Positions 8,419-18,358 of a stretch of DNA of 64,000 bases are shown in pieces. This DNA comes from Desulfomonilia bacterium (GTDB lineage Bacteria > Desulfobacterota > Desulfomonilia > UBA1062): NCBI GenBank assembly GCA_050014195.1, contig JBEKDT010000001.1, positions 128,001-192,000 on the forward strand, written 5' to 3'. How positions within the stretch are numbered: position 1 is the first letter of the stretch; the number at the start of each line of letters is the position of its first letter. Made by a program: the position numbers and the translations under genes. The notes under the pieces are model-generated. The model was given only the letters and a program-made list of their open reading frames with translations. It made no database searches and was not told the origin of the DNA.

Positions 8419-11400
8419 CCCCTACCGGATACACCGAAGACGCCCTGATCGAACAACCGGCCATCGCACTGCTGGCAGAGCTAGGTTGGGATACGGTAAA
8501 TGCATTCGGAGAGTTTGACCACGGCGCAAGTACGCTGGGCCGCGAGACCCGGGCAGAGGTCATCCTCACCGTTCGCCTGCACTCAGCATTGACACGACTC
8601 AACCAAGACGCTCCGCCCGAAACTATCGGCCAGGCCATTGAGGAATTGACCCGCGACCGTTCGCGCATGAGTTCTGTGGCCGCCAACCGCGAGATCTATC
8701 ACCTGCTCAAGAACGGTGTGCGAGTGCCTGTACCCGATCCCTATGGCGACGGCGAAACAGTGGAAGTGGTGCGTGTGGTGGATTGGGACAACCCGGCCAA
8801 TAACGACTTTCTGCTCTGTTCGCAGTTCTGGGTCACTGGCGAGATGCACACCCGCCGGGCCGACCTGGTGGGTTTTGTCAACGGTTTGCCGATGCTGTTC
8901 ATCGAACTCAAGGCCGCCCACCGCCGCCTGGAGACCTCCTTCACCGGAAACCTGCGTGACTACAAGGACACCATCCCGCAGCTATTTTGGCCCAATGCTC
9001 TGATCGTTCTTTCCAATGGCAGCCAGAGCCGCGTGGGCAGCGTGACCGCCGGGTGGGAGCACTTCGCCGAGTGGAAGAAGGTGGGCAGCGAGGACGAGGC
9101 GGGCCGGGTGTCGCTGGAGACCATGCTGCGCGGTGTCTGCGAACCGGCGCGGATGCTGGACCTGGTGGAGAACTTTTGCCTATTTCAGGAAGTCCCTGGC
9201 GGGCTGATCAAGCTGACGGCCAAAAACCACCAGTACCTGGGCGTCAATAACGCACTGGAGGCCCTGGCTGACATCCGGCAAAGGGATGGCAAGCTGGGGG
9301 TGTTCTGGCACACGCAGGGCAGCGGCAAGAGCGTTGCGATGATGTTCTTCGCCCAGAAGGTGTTGCGCAAGATGCCGGGAAACTGGACCTTTGTTATCGT
9401 CACCGACCGGCAGGAGCTGGATGGGCAGATTTACAAGCACTTTGCCTCTGCAGGGGTGGTGACCGAAGGCCGCGCACAGGCGGAAAGCAGCAAGCATCTG
9501 CGGCAGTTGCTCACTGAGGATCACCGCTACATCTTCACTCTGATCCACAAGTTCCGGGAACAGGAAGAGGTGTCCCCCCGCGACGACATCATTGTCATCA
9601 CCGATGAGGCGCACCGCAGTCAATACGACACTCTGGCGCTGAACATGCGAACGGCCCTGCCCAACGCCGCATTCCTGGCCTTTACCGGCACGCCACTAAT
9701 TGTCGGTGAGGAAAAGACCCGCCAGGTCTTTGGCGATTACATCAGCGTGTATGACTTCCAGCAATCGGTGGCCGATGGTGCGACAGTGCCCCTCTACTAC
9801 GAGAATCGCATCCCCGAACTTCAACTGGTCAATGAGAACCTCAACGAAGACATGGAGCGATTGCTCGAAGAGGCGGAACTGGACGAGGCGCAGGAGAAGA
9901 AATTGGAGCGGGAGTTTGCCCGAGAGTACCATCTGATCACCCGCGACGACCGTTTGGAAGCAGTGGCAAAAGACCTGGTGACCCATTTCACCGGGCGGGG
10001 CTTTCAGGGTAAGGCCATGATGATCTGCATCGACAAGGCCACGGCCATCCGCATGTACGACAAGGTAAAGAAGCATTGGGGCAAGAAGATTGCGGCGTTG
10101 GAGGCGGAATGGACAGGGGCGAACAGCGATGCGCGGCAGGAGATCGAAGAGCGCATCTCAAGGATGAAAGAAACCGACATGGCCGTGGTCGTCTCTCAGG
10201 GACAGAACGAGATCGCCGAGATGACCGACAAGGGGCTGGATATAAAACCACACCGCCAGCGCATGGTAGAAGAGGATCTGGAGACTAAGTTCAAGAACCC
10301 GGACGACCCCTTCCGTCTGGTCTTTGTCTGCGCCATGTGGATGACTGGCTTTGACGTTCCGAGCTGTTCGACCCTCTACCTCGACAAGCCCATGCGCAAC
10401 CACACGCTGATGCAGACCATAGCCCGAGCCAACCGGGTGTATCCCGGTAAGGTGAGCGGCCTGATCGTGGACTATGCCGGAGTGTTTCGCAACCTGGAGC
10501 GGGCACTTGCCATCTACGGCGCGGGCAGCGGCGGAGACAAACCGGTGGAGGACAAGGCCGCGCTGGTGGCGGCACTGCAGCAGGCGTTGGGAGAAACCCG
10601 GGGCTTATGTCAGGAACAAGGGGTTAACCTTGCGGCTATTCAGATCACCGAGGGATTTGCCCGTGTCGGCCTGCTCGATGACGCTGTGGAGGCACTGGTG
10701 GCTTCTGAGGAGATCAAACGTCGCTATCTCGATCAGGCCAACACTGTGCAGCGTCTTTATAAGGCTGTGCTGCCAGACCCGTCCGCACGGGAGTTTGCCA
10801 ATGAGGTGACACCCGTGCAGGTCATCGCAGATAAAATTCGTGCGCTGATACCACCGGCGGACATCTCCCAGGTCATGCAGCAAGTGGAGGGACTGCTCGA
10901 CCGCTCTATCGCTACGGAGGGGTACATCATCCGCGATCCGAGCGCGCCTCATAGCGACGAGCATTGGATCGACCTGAGCGGGATTAATTTCGAGGCCTTG
11001 GCCGAGAAGTTCAAGACGAGCCGCAAGCGCACCATGAACGAGAAACTCAAAGGAGCTGTGGCACAGAAGCTAATGGCGATGGTGCGGCTCAACCGCACGC
11101 GCATGGATTATCTTGAGCGATTTAAGGCGATGATTGACGCCTACAATGCAGGCAGTCTCAACGCCGAAGAGTTCTTCCAGCAACTGGTGGTCTTCGCCAA
11201 GAGTCTGAATGAAGAAGAGCAGAGGGCCGTGGGCGAACAACTGAATGAAGAAGAATTGGCGCTTTTCGACCTCTTGACCAAGCCGCAGATTGATATGAGC
11301 GACATGGACCGGGACAAGGTGAAGTCCACGGCCCGAGAGTTGTTGGCCACGCTTAAGGCGGGCAAACTGGTGCTCGATTGGCGTAAGCGCCAGCAGGCCC

Positions 11401-11555
11401 GCGCCGAGGTAAGGGTGACCATCGAGAAACTGCTGGACCAGAGATTGCCGAGAGCCTACACGCCAGAGTTGTTTAAACAAAAGACCACCGCCGTGTTTCA
11501 GCACGTCTATGACGCTTACTATGGTGCTGAGCGAAGTGTGTATGCAACGGCATGA
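8415..11555 (+). CDS. hsdR: Type I R-M restriction subunit
   Basis: ADLV..NG.P..IELK nuclease, HTQGSGKS Walker A, DEAHR, FTGTP, TGFD, QTIARANR. Confidence 0.97.
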   Translation: MTPTGYTEDALIEQPAIALLAELGWDTVNAFGEFDHGASTLGRETRAEVILTVRLHSALTRLNQDAPPETIGQAIEELTRDRSRMSSVAANREIYHLLKNGVRVPVPDPYGDGETVEVVRVVDWDNPANNDFLLCSQFWVTGEMHTRRADLVGFVNGLPMLFIELKAAHRRLETSFTGNLRDYKDTIPQLFWPNALIVLSNGSQSRVGSVTAGWEHFAEWKKVGSEDEAGRVSLETMLRGVCEPARMLDLVENFCLFQEVPGGLIKLTAKNHQYLGVNNALEALADIRQRDGKLGVFWHTQGSGKSVAMMFFAQKVLRKMPGNWTFVIVTDRQELDGQIYKHFASAGVVTEGRAQAESSKHLRQLLTEDHRYIFTLIHKFREQEEVSPRDDIIVITDEAHRSQYDTLALNMRTALPNAAFLAFTGTPLIVGEEKTRQVFGDYISVYDFQQSVADGATVPLYYENRIPELQLVNENLNEDMERLLEEAELDEAQEKKLEREFAREYHLITRDDRLEAVAKDLVTHFTGRGFQGKAMMICIDKATAIRMYDKVKKHWGKKIAALEAEWTGANSDARQEIEERISRMKETDMAVVVSQGQNEIAEMTDKGLDIKPHRQRMVEEDLETKFKNPDDPFRLVFVCAMWMTGFDVPSCSTLYLDKPMRNHTLMQTIARANRVYPGKVSGLIVDYAGVFRNLERALAIYGAGSGGDKPVEDKAALVAALQQALGETRGLCQEQGVNLAAIQITEGFARVGLLDDAVEALVASEEIKRRYLDQANTVQRLYKAVLPDPSAREFANEVTPVQVIADKIRALIPPADISQVMQQVEGLLDRSIATEGYIIRDPSAPHSDEHWIDLSGINFEALAEKFKTSRKRTMNEKLKGAVAQKLMAMVRLNRTRMDYLERFKAMIDAYNAGSLNAEEFFQQLVVFAKSLNEEEQRAVGEQLNEEELALFDLLTKPQIDMSDMDRDKVKSTARELLATLKAGKLVLDWRKRQQARAEVRVTIEKLLDQRLPRAYTPELFKQKTTAVFQHVYDAYYGAERSVYATA

Positions 11556-11681
11556 AGCCACCTAATAGGTCTGCTTTTGTTGAAATAAGGTATGCTAACG
11601 CAAAGAATTATATGAGGATGAAAATCGACGATAATTAAGGATAAGTAAAATAGCATCAATATATATAGGCTACTCTAGATT

Positions 11682-11711
11682 ATTCGAACTGTGATTAACG
11701 GTTTTGCAGAC
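11682..11711 (-). pseudogene. Degenerate tRNA-Cys 3' fragment (att core remnant)
   Basis: TAACGGTTTTGCAGA (11696-11710) identical to 11970-11984, preceded by eroded T-loop complement ATTCGAAC. Confidence 0.55.
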
Positions 11712-11938
11712 AGCAATTTGTAAGTTACCCCGTAGCTGCCCAGTAAAGTCGGAAAAGCAGGGAACACCTAGAAGAAATTGTTTTCAAATCCTACTTCATT
11801 TCCGCACCACCTCCCTCTTACAATCAATTTGAGTTTATTTCTAACATTCTCTAGTAATTCTCTAGTAAGTTGATAGATGAGTGAATTCTGAAAAACATCT
11901 GATCTCTTGGAAACTAGGGCTGGAGCAGGTTTCAAAAC

Positions 11939-11984
11939 TGGAGGCGGCAACCGGATTTGAACCGGTGAGTAACGGTTTTGCAGA
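11939..11984 (-). pseudogene. tRNA-Cys(GCA) 3' half ending in CCA (att site)
   Basis: Reverse complement TCTGCAAAACCGTTACTCACCGGTTCAAATCCGGTTGCCGCCTCCA: anticodon loop, T-arm, acceptor 3' strand; no 5' half. Confidence 0.85.
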
Positions 11985-12181
11985 TTATAATTGCTGTTAA
12001 AAACATGTGCTTCCACAAAGAGTAACCTGTGACATGACTGTGCTAAAATTGTGCTAGAATCCAAGGAAAAACATGAGAGTAGATAGACTGTAGAGGAATA
12101 GATGGAAATCTTAAAATGAATTGAAATTAATCACTTACGGGAAATCAGACCTAATATCGATGGGTTTGATTTTTTAATTTT

Positions 12182-12222
12182 ACGGACTCAAAATCCGAAG
12201 TCCCTTACGGGTAGGGATTCGA
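12182..12222 (+). pseudogene. Degenerate tRNA-Leu(CAA) fragment
   Basis: CGGA-CTCAAAA-TCCG anticodon stem-loop, variable-arm-like CCCTTACGGG, eroded TTCGAA. Confidence 0.5.
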
Positions 12223-12298
12223 AGCAAGATCTTCAACGTAGGTCATCTATAATCGCCGGGAGTTGCAAAGCATCTGCGGAGCTGCATAAACACTTTGC

Positions 12299-12328
12299 GG
12301 TCGGGGGTTAGATTCCTCCCCGCGTTCA
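12299..12328 (+). pseudogene. Degenerate tmRNA-like 3' end
   Basis: GGTCGGGGGTTAGATTCCTCCCCGCGTTCA resembles typical ssrA 3' end GGACGGGGGTTCGATTCCCCCCGCCTCCA. Confidence 0.45.
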
Positions 12329-12403
12329 TTTGTTATATAATATGATATAGTGGTGCCTATGTGGTGCCCTATTGCTATAAAGCTAGGCCGGGCATGGTTG
12401 TCA

Positions 12404-12431
12404 GGAGGTTCAAATCCTCCCCCCGCTACCA
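12404..12431 (+). pseudogene. Initiator tRNA-Met 3' end (probable attR of the island)
   Basis: GGAGG-TTCAAAT-CCTCC-CCCCGCT-ACCA: perfect T-arm and fMet-type acceptor 3' strand; no upstream tRNA body. Confidence 0.8.
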
Positions 12432-12626
12432 AAATCAATTTTACACAACTTTGCTTGTGCCGTTTTGAGTCGGCTTGTTGGGTAACACTCCTTAAGATAT
12501 AATTCTCCAAGATAAGACTACCACGATTGAGCAGTGCCTGGCTTTCATCATGATCTCCCCGGATAATCCCAGCAAATCAACCTTAGGTCCGATGAAATCG
12601 AGTCAGTATGAAAGGAGGAGGTTCAT

Positions 12627-13430
12627 ATGACGGGAAAGAAAGAGGCTACGGGGCTGAAGCAAACCAGGGGCAAGAAACGCGGCTACGGCTGGGTGCCTGA
12701 TGTACCGGATCAGCGCGACTATCTGCTCAGCGCTGTGCTCCGTGTGCCTGCCAGGCTGCCTGCATCAAAGGACTTGCGGCCGCTGTGTCCCAAGGTCGAA
12801 GACCAGGGTAATCTGGGCAGCTGCACGGCGAACGCCCTTGCCGGGGCCCTGGAATTCCTCGAAATGAAGGATAATATCGCCTTCGAGGATTTCAGCAGGC
12901 TGTTCATCTACTACAATGAGCGTGCAATCGAACACACTGTCGCATCCGACTCCGGCGCCATGATCCGCGACGGCATCAAGACACTCGCGAAACAGGGGGT
13001 CTGTTCGGAAAAGAAATGGCCCTATACGATATCGAGATTCACCGTGAAACCGGGTGCTGCATGTTACAAAGAGGCCTTGCAGCACCAGATTACCTCTTAT
13101 CATCGCATCATCACGGTGGACGAAATGCGTACGTGCCTTGCCGAAGGCTACCCGTTCGTCTTTGGATTTTCGGTATATGAAAGCTTTGAATCACAGGCTG
13201 TTGCTAAAACCGGGACAGTGAATATGCCAAGACCGGGTGAGCGGAATCTGGGCGGGCATGCGGTACTTGCCGTGGGCTACGACGATTCGAAGAAGCGGTT
13301 CATCGTGCGTAATTCATGGGGGAACAGGTGGGGGATGAAAGGCTATTTTACCCTTCCTTACCAGTACCTTTCAGACCGAAACCTGTCGGATGATTTCTGG
13401 ACGATCCGCAGGGGCAAGCTGATGCTCTAA
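12627..13430 (+). CDS. C1 (papain-family) cysteine peptidase
   Basis: QGNLGSCTAN, GGHAV, NSWG motifs; AGGAGG RBS. Confidence 0.92.
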   Translation: MTGKKEATGLKQTRGKKRGYGWVPDVPDQRDYLLSAVLRVPARLPASKDLRPLCPKVEDQGNLGSCTANALAGALEFLEMKDNIAFEDFSRLFIYYNERAIEHTVASDSGAMIRDGIKTLAKQGVCSEKKWPYTISRFTVKPGAACYKEALQHQITSYHRIITVDEMRTCLAEGYPFVFGFSVYESFESQAVAKTGTVNMPRPGERNLGGHAVLAVGYDDSKKRFIVRNSWGNRWGMKGYFTLPYQYLSDRNLSDDFWTIRRGKLML

Positions 13431-13471
13431 AGACTAAGGGCGTAAGAGGGCGAGGAGAAAGCCTTTAAGAG

Positions 13472-13642
13472 GTGTCCTTGTGCTCTTCGTGGTGTGGTAT
13501 CCCTGCCCATTGTTCTCACCACGAAGGACACGAAGAGCACGAAAAAGATCTAAGAAAAGCAGAACGGCATTCTTGGATTTCTTTCCCCAGTTCGAGATTT
13601 CAAGAGGATTCTTTTCTTCGTGCTCTTCGTGGTGTGGTATCC
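13472..13642. repeat. CACGAAG-unit intergenic repeat cluster (direct and inverted)
   Basis: GTGCTCTTCGTGGTGTGGTATCC at 13480-13502 and 13620-13642; inverted CACCACGAAGGACACGAAGAGCACGAA at 13517-13543. Confidence 0.8.
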
Positions 13643-13909
13643 ATCTGCGTACTCCTCAATGATCCGAGTATGCTTAACAATGATGGTCCCTTTTAAGATA
13701 CGGCTACGACCGAGAAATCGGAAAGGATGGTCTCCTGTGCATAATTTCAATAATACTATAAATGATCATGCCCTAAGTCAAACCAATCAATCATGTAGGC
13801 ATTGCATCGGATTTCTAAAGCTCTTAGCCCCCTACTATCCGAGACCCTGCACAGGAGACATGGCCCTTATACTCGCTGAATTATCAAAAATCAACTTGGA
13901 ATTGTTATC

Positions 13910-16900
13910 TCAGCCGATATCGCGGTGATACTCCTGCAGTGACTTGATGGTGCCCTTGCCCTTCCGGGAAGCGGCAATCCCTTTGGCCGCCGCAACGGCT
14001 GCGGACAGCGTAGTGATATAGGGCACCTTGTAGCTGATGGCGGCCTTGCGGATGTAGGAGTCATCGTGCTTGGAAAGCTTGCCGCTCGGTGTGTTGATGA
14101 TGAGTGCGTATTCCTTGTTCTTGACGCCGTCGATGATGTTCGGCCTGCCTTCATGGAGCTTGAGTACCATCTCGGATGCGATTCCGTTCTCGGCCAGGAA
14201 TGCATGGGTGTGGCGGGTCGTCTTGATCTTGAAGCCCAGCTCGTTGAAGAGCCTTGCCACCTCGAGCACTGCAGGCCGCTCGCGCCGGGACACGGTCAAC
14301 AGCACGCATCCATCCATTGGAAGGTACTGGGAAGCGGCCTCGGAGGCCTTGTAGAACGCCAGGCCGAAGGTTTCTGCCATGCCGAGCACCTCGCCTGTCG
14401 AGCGCATCTCGGGGCCCAGCAGCGGGTCTACTTCGGGGAATACATTGAAGGGGAATACCGCCTCCTTCACCCCGAAGTACGGGATGTTCTTGGGCTTGAG
14501 ATCGAAATCGGCAAGCCTCTTGCCCAGAATGATCCGGGTTGCGATATCGGCCATGGGGATGTTGCATACCTTGGAGACCAACGGCACGGTCCTGGATGCC
14601 CTCGGGTTTGCCTCCAGGACATAGACCGTGTCCTTGTGGATGGCACATTTCATGTTCATAAGGCCCTTAACGCCAAGCTCCACGGCAATGCGCTTGGTGA
14701 ATTCAATAATGGTGTCCAGATGCCGGGGAGATATGCTGATGGGCGGGATTACACACGCCGAGTCGCCGGAGTGGACGCCGGAGCGCTCAATGTGTTCCAG
14801 GACGGCGGGCACAAAGGCATCATAGCCGTCCGAGAGGGCATCCGCCTCGGCCCCAATGGCATTGTCCAGGAACTTGTCGATGAGGATGGGCAGCCCCGGA
14901 GTCGGGTCAACAACTGCGCGCATGTATTCCCTGAGCATGTCCTCATCGTACATCACCTCCATGCCGCTCCCGTCGAGCACATGGGAAGGCCGCACCATGA
15001 GCGGGTAGCCGATGCGGTCGGCAACGGCTTTTGCTTCATCCAGGGTGCTTGCCGTACCGGACTCGGGCATGGGGATGCCGAGCTTGGCCATCATCTTACC
15101 GAACCGCCCCCGATCCTCGGCCAGGTCGATGGCCTGGGGCGTAGTCCCCAGGATCTTCACACCCGCCTTCATAAGCTCATGTGCAATATTCAGCGGGGTC
15201 CGGCCGCCGAACTGGCATATGACACCTTGGGGCTTCTCCTTGTGATAGATGCCCAATACCTCTTCGCCGGTCAGCGGTTCGAAGTAGAGCTTGTCGGATG
15301 TGTCGTAGTCGGTGGAGACCGCCAGAGGGTTGCAGTTCACCATGATGGACTCATACCCCATGTCCTTGATGGCGAATGCCGCGTGCACGCAGCAGTAGTC
15401 GAACGAGCCGCCCTGTCCGATACGGTTGGGCCCGCCGCCTAAGACCATGATCTTGGGCCTGTCGCTCACTGCAACAACATCCGGGGCATTGTAGGTGGAG
15501 TAGTAATACTCGGCGTTCTCCACGCCGCTCACACTCACCTTCTGGTAGCCGTGTACCAAACCCAGCTTGATACGGCGGTCCCGAATTGCATCTTCGGTGA
15601 GACCCAGGAGCCCGGCAAGGTAGCGGTCGGCGAAACCGTCCTTCTTGGCCTGGATGAACACCTCATCCGGCAATGTCTTCCCGCTGTAGGCGAGTATCTT
15701 CTCCTCAAGGTCCACGAGCTCTTTCATCTGCCCGATGAACCAGGCCTTCAAATGGGTCTTCTGTTCGAGGTCTTCGATTGTTGCACCCTTGCGCAGGGCC
15801 TCGTACATGATGAACTGCCGTTCGCTGGATGGCTCGGAGAGCATTTCCAAAAGGGTCTCGAGGTCCTTCTCATGAAAGTCTTTGGCATGGCCCAGGCCGT
15901 AACGCCCGATCTCCAGTGAGCGAACAGACTTCTGGAGGGCCTCTTTATAGGTCTTGCCGATGCTCATGACCTCGCCCACCGCCCTCATCCGGGTGCCGAG
16001 CCTGTCCTGGGACCCCTTGAACTTTTCAAAGGCCCATCTGGAGAACTTCACCACCACATCCTCGCCAAAGGGCTCGTATTTGTCCAGGGTCCCGCACTGC
16101 CGGCAGGGTATTTCATCCATGGTGAGCCCCGCAGCGAGCTTGGTTGATACAAAGGCAATGGGCAAGCCCACGGCCTTGGATGCCAGGGCGGAAGACCGGG
16201 ATGTCCGGGGGTTGATCTCGATGACCACGAGCCTGCCATTTAAAGGGTTGTGGGCGAACTGGATATTGGTGTTTCCGGTCACCTCAGCGGCCTCCACGAT
16301 GTCGTAGGCGTACTTCCGGAGCCTTCTTTGGAGATCCGTGTCGATGGTGAGCATGGGCATGGTGCAGAGGCTGTCGCCGGTGTGCACGCCCATGGGATCC
16401 ACGTTTTCGATGAAGCAGACGGTGATTATGTTGTTCTTGGCGTCACGCAGCACCTCGATCTCCAGTTCTTCCCAGCCCAGAACGGACTCCTCCACGAGCA
16501 CCTGGCCGATGAGGCTTTCAGAAATACCCCTTCTTGCAACGATCCTCAGCTCCTCCACATTATAGACAAGCCCTCCGCCGGCACCGCCCACGGTATAGGC
16601 CGGTTTGATGACCACCGGATAACCCAGCCCGGAGGCGATCTTCTCGGCCTCTTCCACACTATAGGCAAGCTCGCTCATGGGCATTTCTATCCTCAGGCGG
16701 GTCATGGTTTCTTTGAATGCACGCCTGTCTTCGCTGCGCTCGATGGCTGCAATGTTCACCCCGATAACCTTTACGCCATACTTGTCGAGGACACCTTTGC
16801 GGTGCAGTTCGGAGGTGAGATTCAATCCCGACTGTCCCCCCAGGTTCGGCAGGATCGCATCGGGACGCTCCTTGGCGATGATGGATTCCAGTACCGCAGC

Positions 16901-17110
16901 ATTGAGGGGCTCGATATAGGTGGCATCCGCCATGCCCGGGTCGGTCATGATGGTTGCCGGGTCGGAGTTGACGAGAACAATTTTATAACCCAGCTCATGC
17001 AGGGCCTTGCAGGCCTGGGTCCCGGAATAGTCGTATTCGTTACCCTGGCCGATGACGATCGGCCCGGAACCGATGATCATTACCTTGTGGATGTCGTTTC
17101 TCTTAGGCAT
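13910..17110 (-). CDS. carB: Carbamoyl-phosphate synthase large subunit, divergent at conserved residues
   Basis: MPKR.DI..IIGSGPIVIGQ, two ATP-grasp repeats (EINPRTSRS, EANPRASR), MGS-like C-terminus; no carA nearby. Confidence 0.95.
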   Translation of the reverse strand: MPKRNDIHKVMIIGSGPIVIGQGNEYDYSGTQACKALHELGYKIVLVNSDPATIMTDPGMADATYIEPLNAAVLESIIAKERPDAILPNLGGQSGLNLTSELHRKGVLDKYGVKVIGVNIAAIERSEDRRAFKETMTRLRIEMPMSELAYSVEEAEKIASGLGYPVVIKPAYTVGGAGGGLVYNVEELRIVARRGISESLIGQVLVEESVLGWEELEIEVLRDAKNNIITVCFIENVDPMGVHTGDSLCTMPMLTIDTDLQRRLRKYAYDIVEAAEVTGNTNIQFAHNPLNGRLVVIEINPRTSRSSALASKAVGLPIAFVSTKLAAGLTMDEIPCRQCGTLDKYEPFGEDVVVKFSRWAFEKFKGSQDRLGTRMRAVGEVMSIGKTYKEALQKSVRSLEIGRYGLGHAKDFHEKDLETLLEMLSEPSSERQFIMYEALRKGATIEDLEQKTHLKAWFIGQMKELVDLEEKILAYSGKTLPDEVFIQAKKDGFADRYLAGLLGLTEDAIRDRRIKLGLVHGYQKVSVSGVENAEYYYSTYNAPDVVAVSDRPKIMVLGGGPNRIGQGGSFDYCCVHAAFAIKDMGYESIMVNCNPLAVSTDYDTSDKLYFEPLTGEEVLGIYHKEKPQGVICQFGGRTPLNIAHELMKAGVKILGTTPQAIDLAEDRGRFGKMMAKLGIPMPESGTASTLDEAKAVADRIGYPLMVRPSHVLDGSGMEVMYDEDMLREYMRAVVDPTPGLPILIDKFLDNAIGAEADALSDGYDAFVPAVLEHIERSGVHSGDSACVIPPISISPRHLDTIIEFTKRIAVELGVKGLMNMKCAIHKDTVYVLEANPRASRTVPLVSKVCNIPMADIATRIILGKRLADFDLKPKNIPYFGVKEAVFPFNVFPEVDPLLGPEMRSTGEVLGMAETFGLAFYKASEAASQYLPMDGCVLLTVSRRERPAVLEVARLFNELGFKIKTTRHTHAFLAENGIASEMVLKLHEGRPNIIDGVKNKEYALIINTPSGKLSKHDDSYIRKAAISYKVPYITTLSAAVAAAKGIAASRKGKGTIKSLQEYHRDIG

Positions 17111-17144
17111 CGTAAAAAGTCTCCCCCATTAAACATGAGCTTGC

Positions 17145-17174
17145 ACTATAGGGAATGCTTAAGTTGTCAGTCAA
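17145..17174 (-). promoter_or_regulatory. Candidate sigma70 promoter of carB
   Basis: Minus strand TTGACT-18nt-TATAGT, followed by GGGGGAG RBS. Confidence 0.5.
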
Positions 17175-17325
17175 GCGCAAAGGGTATTGGGGGATGAGGA
17201 GCCGGCAGCCCGTGGGCGGGAGTCGGAAATCATCTGCGGCTTGTAAAGTATAAACAAATCCGGGTGAGAGGGCTTGTGATTCCTCTGCACCCGGATGAGC
17301 GGTTCTTACGTGATCGTGAGGATCT

Positions 17326-18342
17326 TTATTCGGGGATGCCCTTGCCTGCGATGAAATTCGCCAGGTCTGCAACCCTGCAGGAATAGCCCCACTCGTTGTC
17401 ATACCAGGCAACCACCTTGGCCAGGTTGTTCTGGATCACCTGGGTGTACTCGATATCGACAATGGAGGACATCTCGTTGCCCTTGTAGTCGATGGAAACC
17501 AGCTTCCTGTCTTCGCATCCCATGATGCCCTTGAGCGACGTCTTGGCGGCGCGTTTAAGGGCGGCCCTGAGCTCATCGGTAGTGGCCTGCTTTTTAAGCT
17601 GGACCGTGAGGTCGACCACCGAGACGGTGGGCGTGGGCACACGAAGCGCGTACCCGTCGATGCGGCCCTTCAGGTCGGGGATGACTAAAGAGAGCGCCCT
17701 TGCCGCACCCGTTGAGGTGGGGATGATGTTCATGGCCGCGGCCCGTGCGCGCCGCAGGTCTTTATGCGGCATGTCCAGGATCCGCTGGTCATTGGTGTAG
17801 GCGTGCACCGTGGTCATCCAGCCCTTCTCGATGCCGAAGGCCTTGTTGACGACGAGCGCGGGAGGTGCAAGGCAGTTCGTGGTACAGGATGCATTCGAGA
17901 TGATGTTGTGCTTCTTGGGATTGTACTTGTTATGGTTCACTCCCATGACAATGGTGATATCCTCCTGCTTGGCAGGGGCGGAAATGATCACCTTCTTGGC
18001 ACCACCGTAGATGTGGGCGGAAGCTTCCTGTTTGCCGAGGAACAGACCCGTCGACTCGATGACGATATCCACACCCTCATCATCCCAGGGGATGCTCGCA
18101 GGGTCCCGCATGGCAAAGCTCTTTATCTTGTTGCCGTTGATGATGAACGCCTCCTTCCTTACCTTTACCTCTCCGGGGAAGTGTCCGTAGTTCGAGTCGT
18201 ACTGGAAGAGGTGCGCATTGGTATCAACATCGAACAGATCGTTGACCGCAACGACCTGCAGAGATTTCGGATAGCGCTCCATTATAGCCTTTAAAACCTG
18301 GCGGCCGATGCGGCCGAAACCGTTTATTCCAACACGAGTCAT
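17326..18342 (-). CDS. gap: Glyceraldehyde-3-phosphate dehydrogenase type I
   Basis: [28 protein letters not shown]. Confidence 0.97.
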   Translation of the reverse strand: MTRVGINGFGRIGRQVLKAIMERYPKSLQVVAVNDLFDVDTNAHLFQYDSNYGHFPGEVKVRKEAFIINGNKIKSFAMRDPASIPWDDEGVDIVIESTGLFLGKQEASAHIYGGAKKVIISAPAKQEDITIVMGVNHNKYNPKKHNIISNASCTTNCLAPPALVVNKAFGIEKGWMTTVHAYTNDQRILDMPHKDLRRARAAAMNIIPTSTGAARALSLVIPDLKGRIDGYALRVPTPTVSVVDLTVQLKKQATTDELRAALKRAAKTSLKGIMGCEDRKLVSIDYKGNEMSSIVDIEYTQVIQNNLAKVVAWYDNEWGYSCRVADLANFIAGKGIPE

Positions 18343-18358
18343 GTCGTGCCTCCTCTCA

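Larger units (their letters stand above)
11724..12371. repeat. Four different 11-bp tandem direct-repeat pairs (integrase arm-type-like sites)
   Basis: GTTACCCCGTA/GCTGCCCAGTA 11724-45; ATTCTCTAGTA x2 11846-67; TGTGCTAAAAT/TGTGCTAGAAT 12039-60; GTGGTGCCTAT/GTGGTGCCCTA 12350-71. Confidence 0.7.

Noticed and set aside
11939-12431. Intact tRNA-Cys, tRNA-Leu, tRNA-Met or ssrA genes
   Set aside because: All lack 5' acceptor strands and D-arms; called as fragments
13472-13642. 23-bp direct repeat as a mini CRISPR array
   Set aside because: Only two copies 140 bp apart with an internal inverted copy; no leader or cas genes
14066-17197. Long plus-strand ORFs (458 aa, 315 aa) opposite carB
   Set aside because: Antisense shadows of a GC3-rich gene with no recognisable motifs; same for similar ORFs opposite hsdR, gap and dnaE
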